This document shows positions 62,804 to 64,000 of a stretch of 64,000 nt of DNA, one piece after another (the stretch's first letter is position 1; every line of letters starts with the position of its first letter). Both the position numbers and the translations under genes were made by a program. The DNA is from Thecamonas trahens ATCC 50062 (lineage: Eukaryota; Protista; Apusomonadida), in the NCBI RefSeq assembly GCF_000142905.1, contig NW_013657645.1, positions 1 to 64,000 of the forward strand. Reading direction: 5' to 3'. The notes under the pieces are model-generated. The model had not been told where the DNA came from. It ran no database searches and saw only the letters and a program-made list of their open reading frames with translations.

Positions 62804-64000
62804 ATGCCCCCCTCCCTCACCCTCCTCACCCTCGCCCTCGCCCTGCTCGCAGCAGCTGTGGGGACGGCAGCAAAGGAGAGCAACGTGGTAACCATCACGT
62901 CGGAAGAGCAGCTCGAGTCGCTGACCAGCTCGACAGCCGACGGCGTCATCGTGCTCGAGTTCTACGCGCCGTGGTGCGGACACTGCAAGCAGCTGGCGCC
63001 GATCTACGAGGAAATGGCCGATGAGTTTGCCGATGCGAGTGAGCTAGAGCCATCGGCGAGCATTGTGCTGACAAAAATTGATGCTACTCAACTGCCGGGA
63101 CTTGCCTCGGAGTACAACGTCAAGGGCTACCCGACCATCATCATCCTCCGTGTCCGGGAGGAGTCCTCGGCCCCGACTCGATCGGTGTACAAGGGCGATC
63201 GCGGCGCCGTCGAGCTCATGACTGCCTTTGTCGCCGCCTCCATGGACCGCCACATCTCCCTCCTCGACTCGCCTGCAGACATCGCAGCCTGGCGCCGCGA
63301 TCACACAGACTCGGGCGGCGCCATCTACGTCGCCGCGCCCTCGAGCTCGGCCGCCATCGACACCTTCTACGCCCTCGCCGACGGCCTTGCCCGCCGGCTT
63401 GACTCGGCCTTTGTCGTCGACCCCTCGGTGGCGCAAGACGTCGTCACTGTCATGCCGCCGCACCCGTCGGGCTTCCCGCTGCCGCCCGGCGACGGTGATG
63501 CCTTTGTCGTCGACTCGCGCCTCTCGCCCGACGTCATGATCCCACAGATCCTTGCTGCCGCCCTCCCGCCGGTCGTCGTCCTCGCCGGCGAGAACTACGA
63601 CCTGCTCTACGACCCCATGCTCGCCAACCACGACACCGTCGTCCTCCTTGTCATCTCACCAGAAGCTACCGCGACACCCGAGGCTGCCACAGACCTCCTC
63701 GTCGCCTTCTCGGCCTTCGCCGACCAGTTCCGCGCCCGCCACCCGTGGCAGTTTGCCCTCGTCCCACACAACGACGAGACAAGCTCCGTCCGCTCCAGAT
63801 ACGCCCTCGACTTTCCGTCCGACACGGCCGGCCCGCTCGACGCCTTCCTCATCGTCGAGACGCCATTCACCGAGCCCAAGGGCAAGTATCTCATGCCCGA
63901 GCGCATTCACTCGGCCGATCTCTCGGACGCCTCCTCGTTCCTCCGGGACATCGTCAACGGCGCCGCCGTCCCTTTCATCAAGTCTGAGCCAGCCCCGCGC
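62804..64000 (+). CDS. Protein disulfide isomerase family; continues beyond the window
   Basis: Signal peptide MPPSLTLLTLALALLAAAVG, EFYAPWCGHCKQLAP, NVKGYPTI. The window ends in the FIKSEPAP linker. Absent from the ORF track because no stop lies in the window. Confidence 0.9.
   Translation, partial: MPPSLTLLTLALALLAAAVGTAAKESNVVTITSEEQLESLTSSTADGVIVLEFYAPWCGHCKQLAPIYEEMADEFADASELEPSASIVLTKIDATQLPGLASEYNVKGYPTIIILRVREESSAPTRSVYKGDRGAVELMTAFVAASMDRHISLLDSPADIAAWRRDHTDSGGAIYVAAPSSSAAIDTFYALADGLARRLDSAFVVDPSVAQDVVTVMPPHPSGFPLPPGDGDAFVVDSRLSPDVMIPQILAAALPPVVVLAGENYDLLYDPMLANHDTVVLLVISPEATATPEAATDLLVAFSAFADQFRARHPWQFALVPHNDETSSVRSRYALDFPSDTAGPLDAFLIVETPFTEPKGKYLMPERIHSADLSDASSFLRDIVNGAAVPFIKSEPAPR

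Overview
This is a GC-rich, gene-dense, intron-poor eukaryotic window with GT-AG introns and four N-gaps. Gene content and composition suggest a flagellated protist, possibly an apusomonad such as Thecamonas (inference, not verified). About 19 protein-coding genes can be supported: an FG-GAP/beta-helix multi-TM receptor, an MFS-like transporter, a divergent DNAH1-like dynein heavy chain, an SK-type K+ channel, a membrane-anchored heme peroxidase, an ankyrin/NAD-glutamate dehydrogenase fusion, a DD3-3-like protein, a basic-tail TPR protein, an RME-8-like protein, an MBOAT acyltransferase, a GH18 hydrolase, a Sec6-like protein, GPR137, a 2OG-Fe(II) oxygenase, an SPFH protein, FNIP, TMTC, a spartin-like protein and a PDI. 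The top finding is an RME-8/DNAJC13-like endosomal scaffold that appears to lack the J-domain and instead ends in a complete WH2-Central-Acidic (VCA) module, making it a candidate new class of Arp2/3 activator. Other findings include a dynein with a degenerate AAA1 catalytic site, near-strict strand alternation of genes, minisatellite-filled first introns, a sawtooth C/G skew, and recurrent single-base frame breaks that are most likely sequencing errors. All family assignments come from motif recognition by eye; no searches were run.
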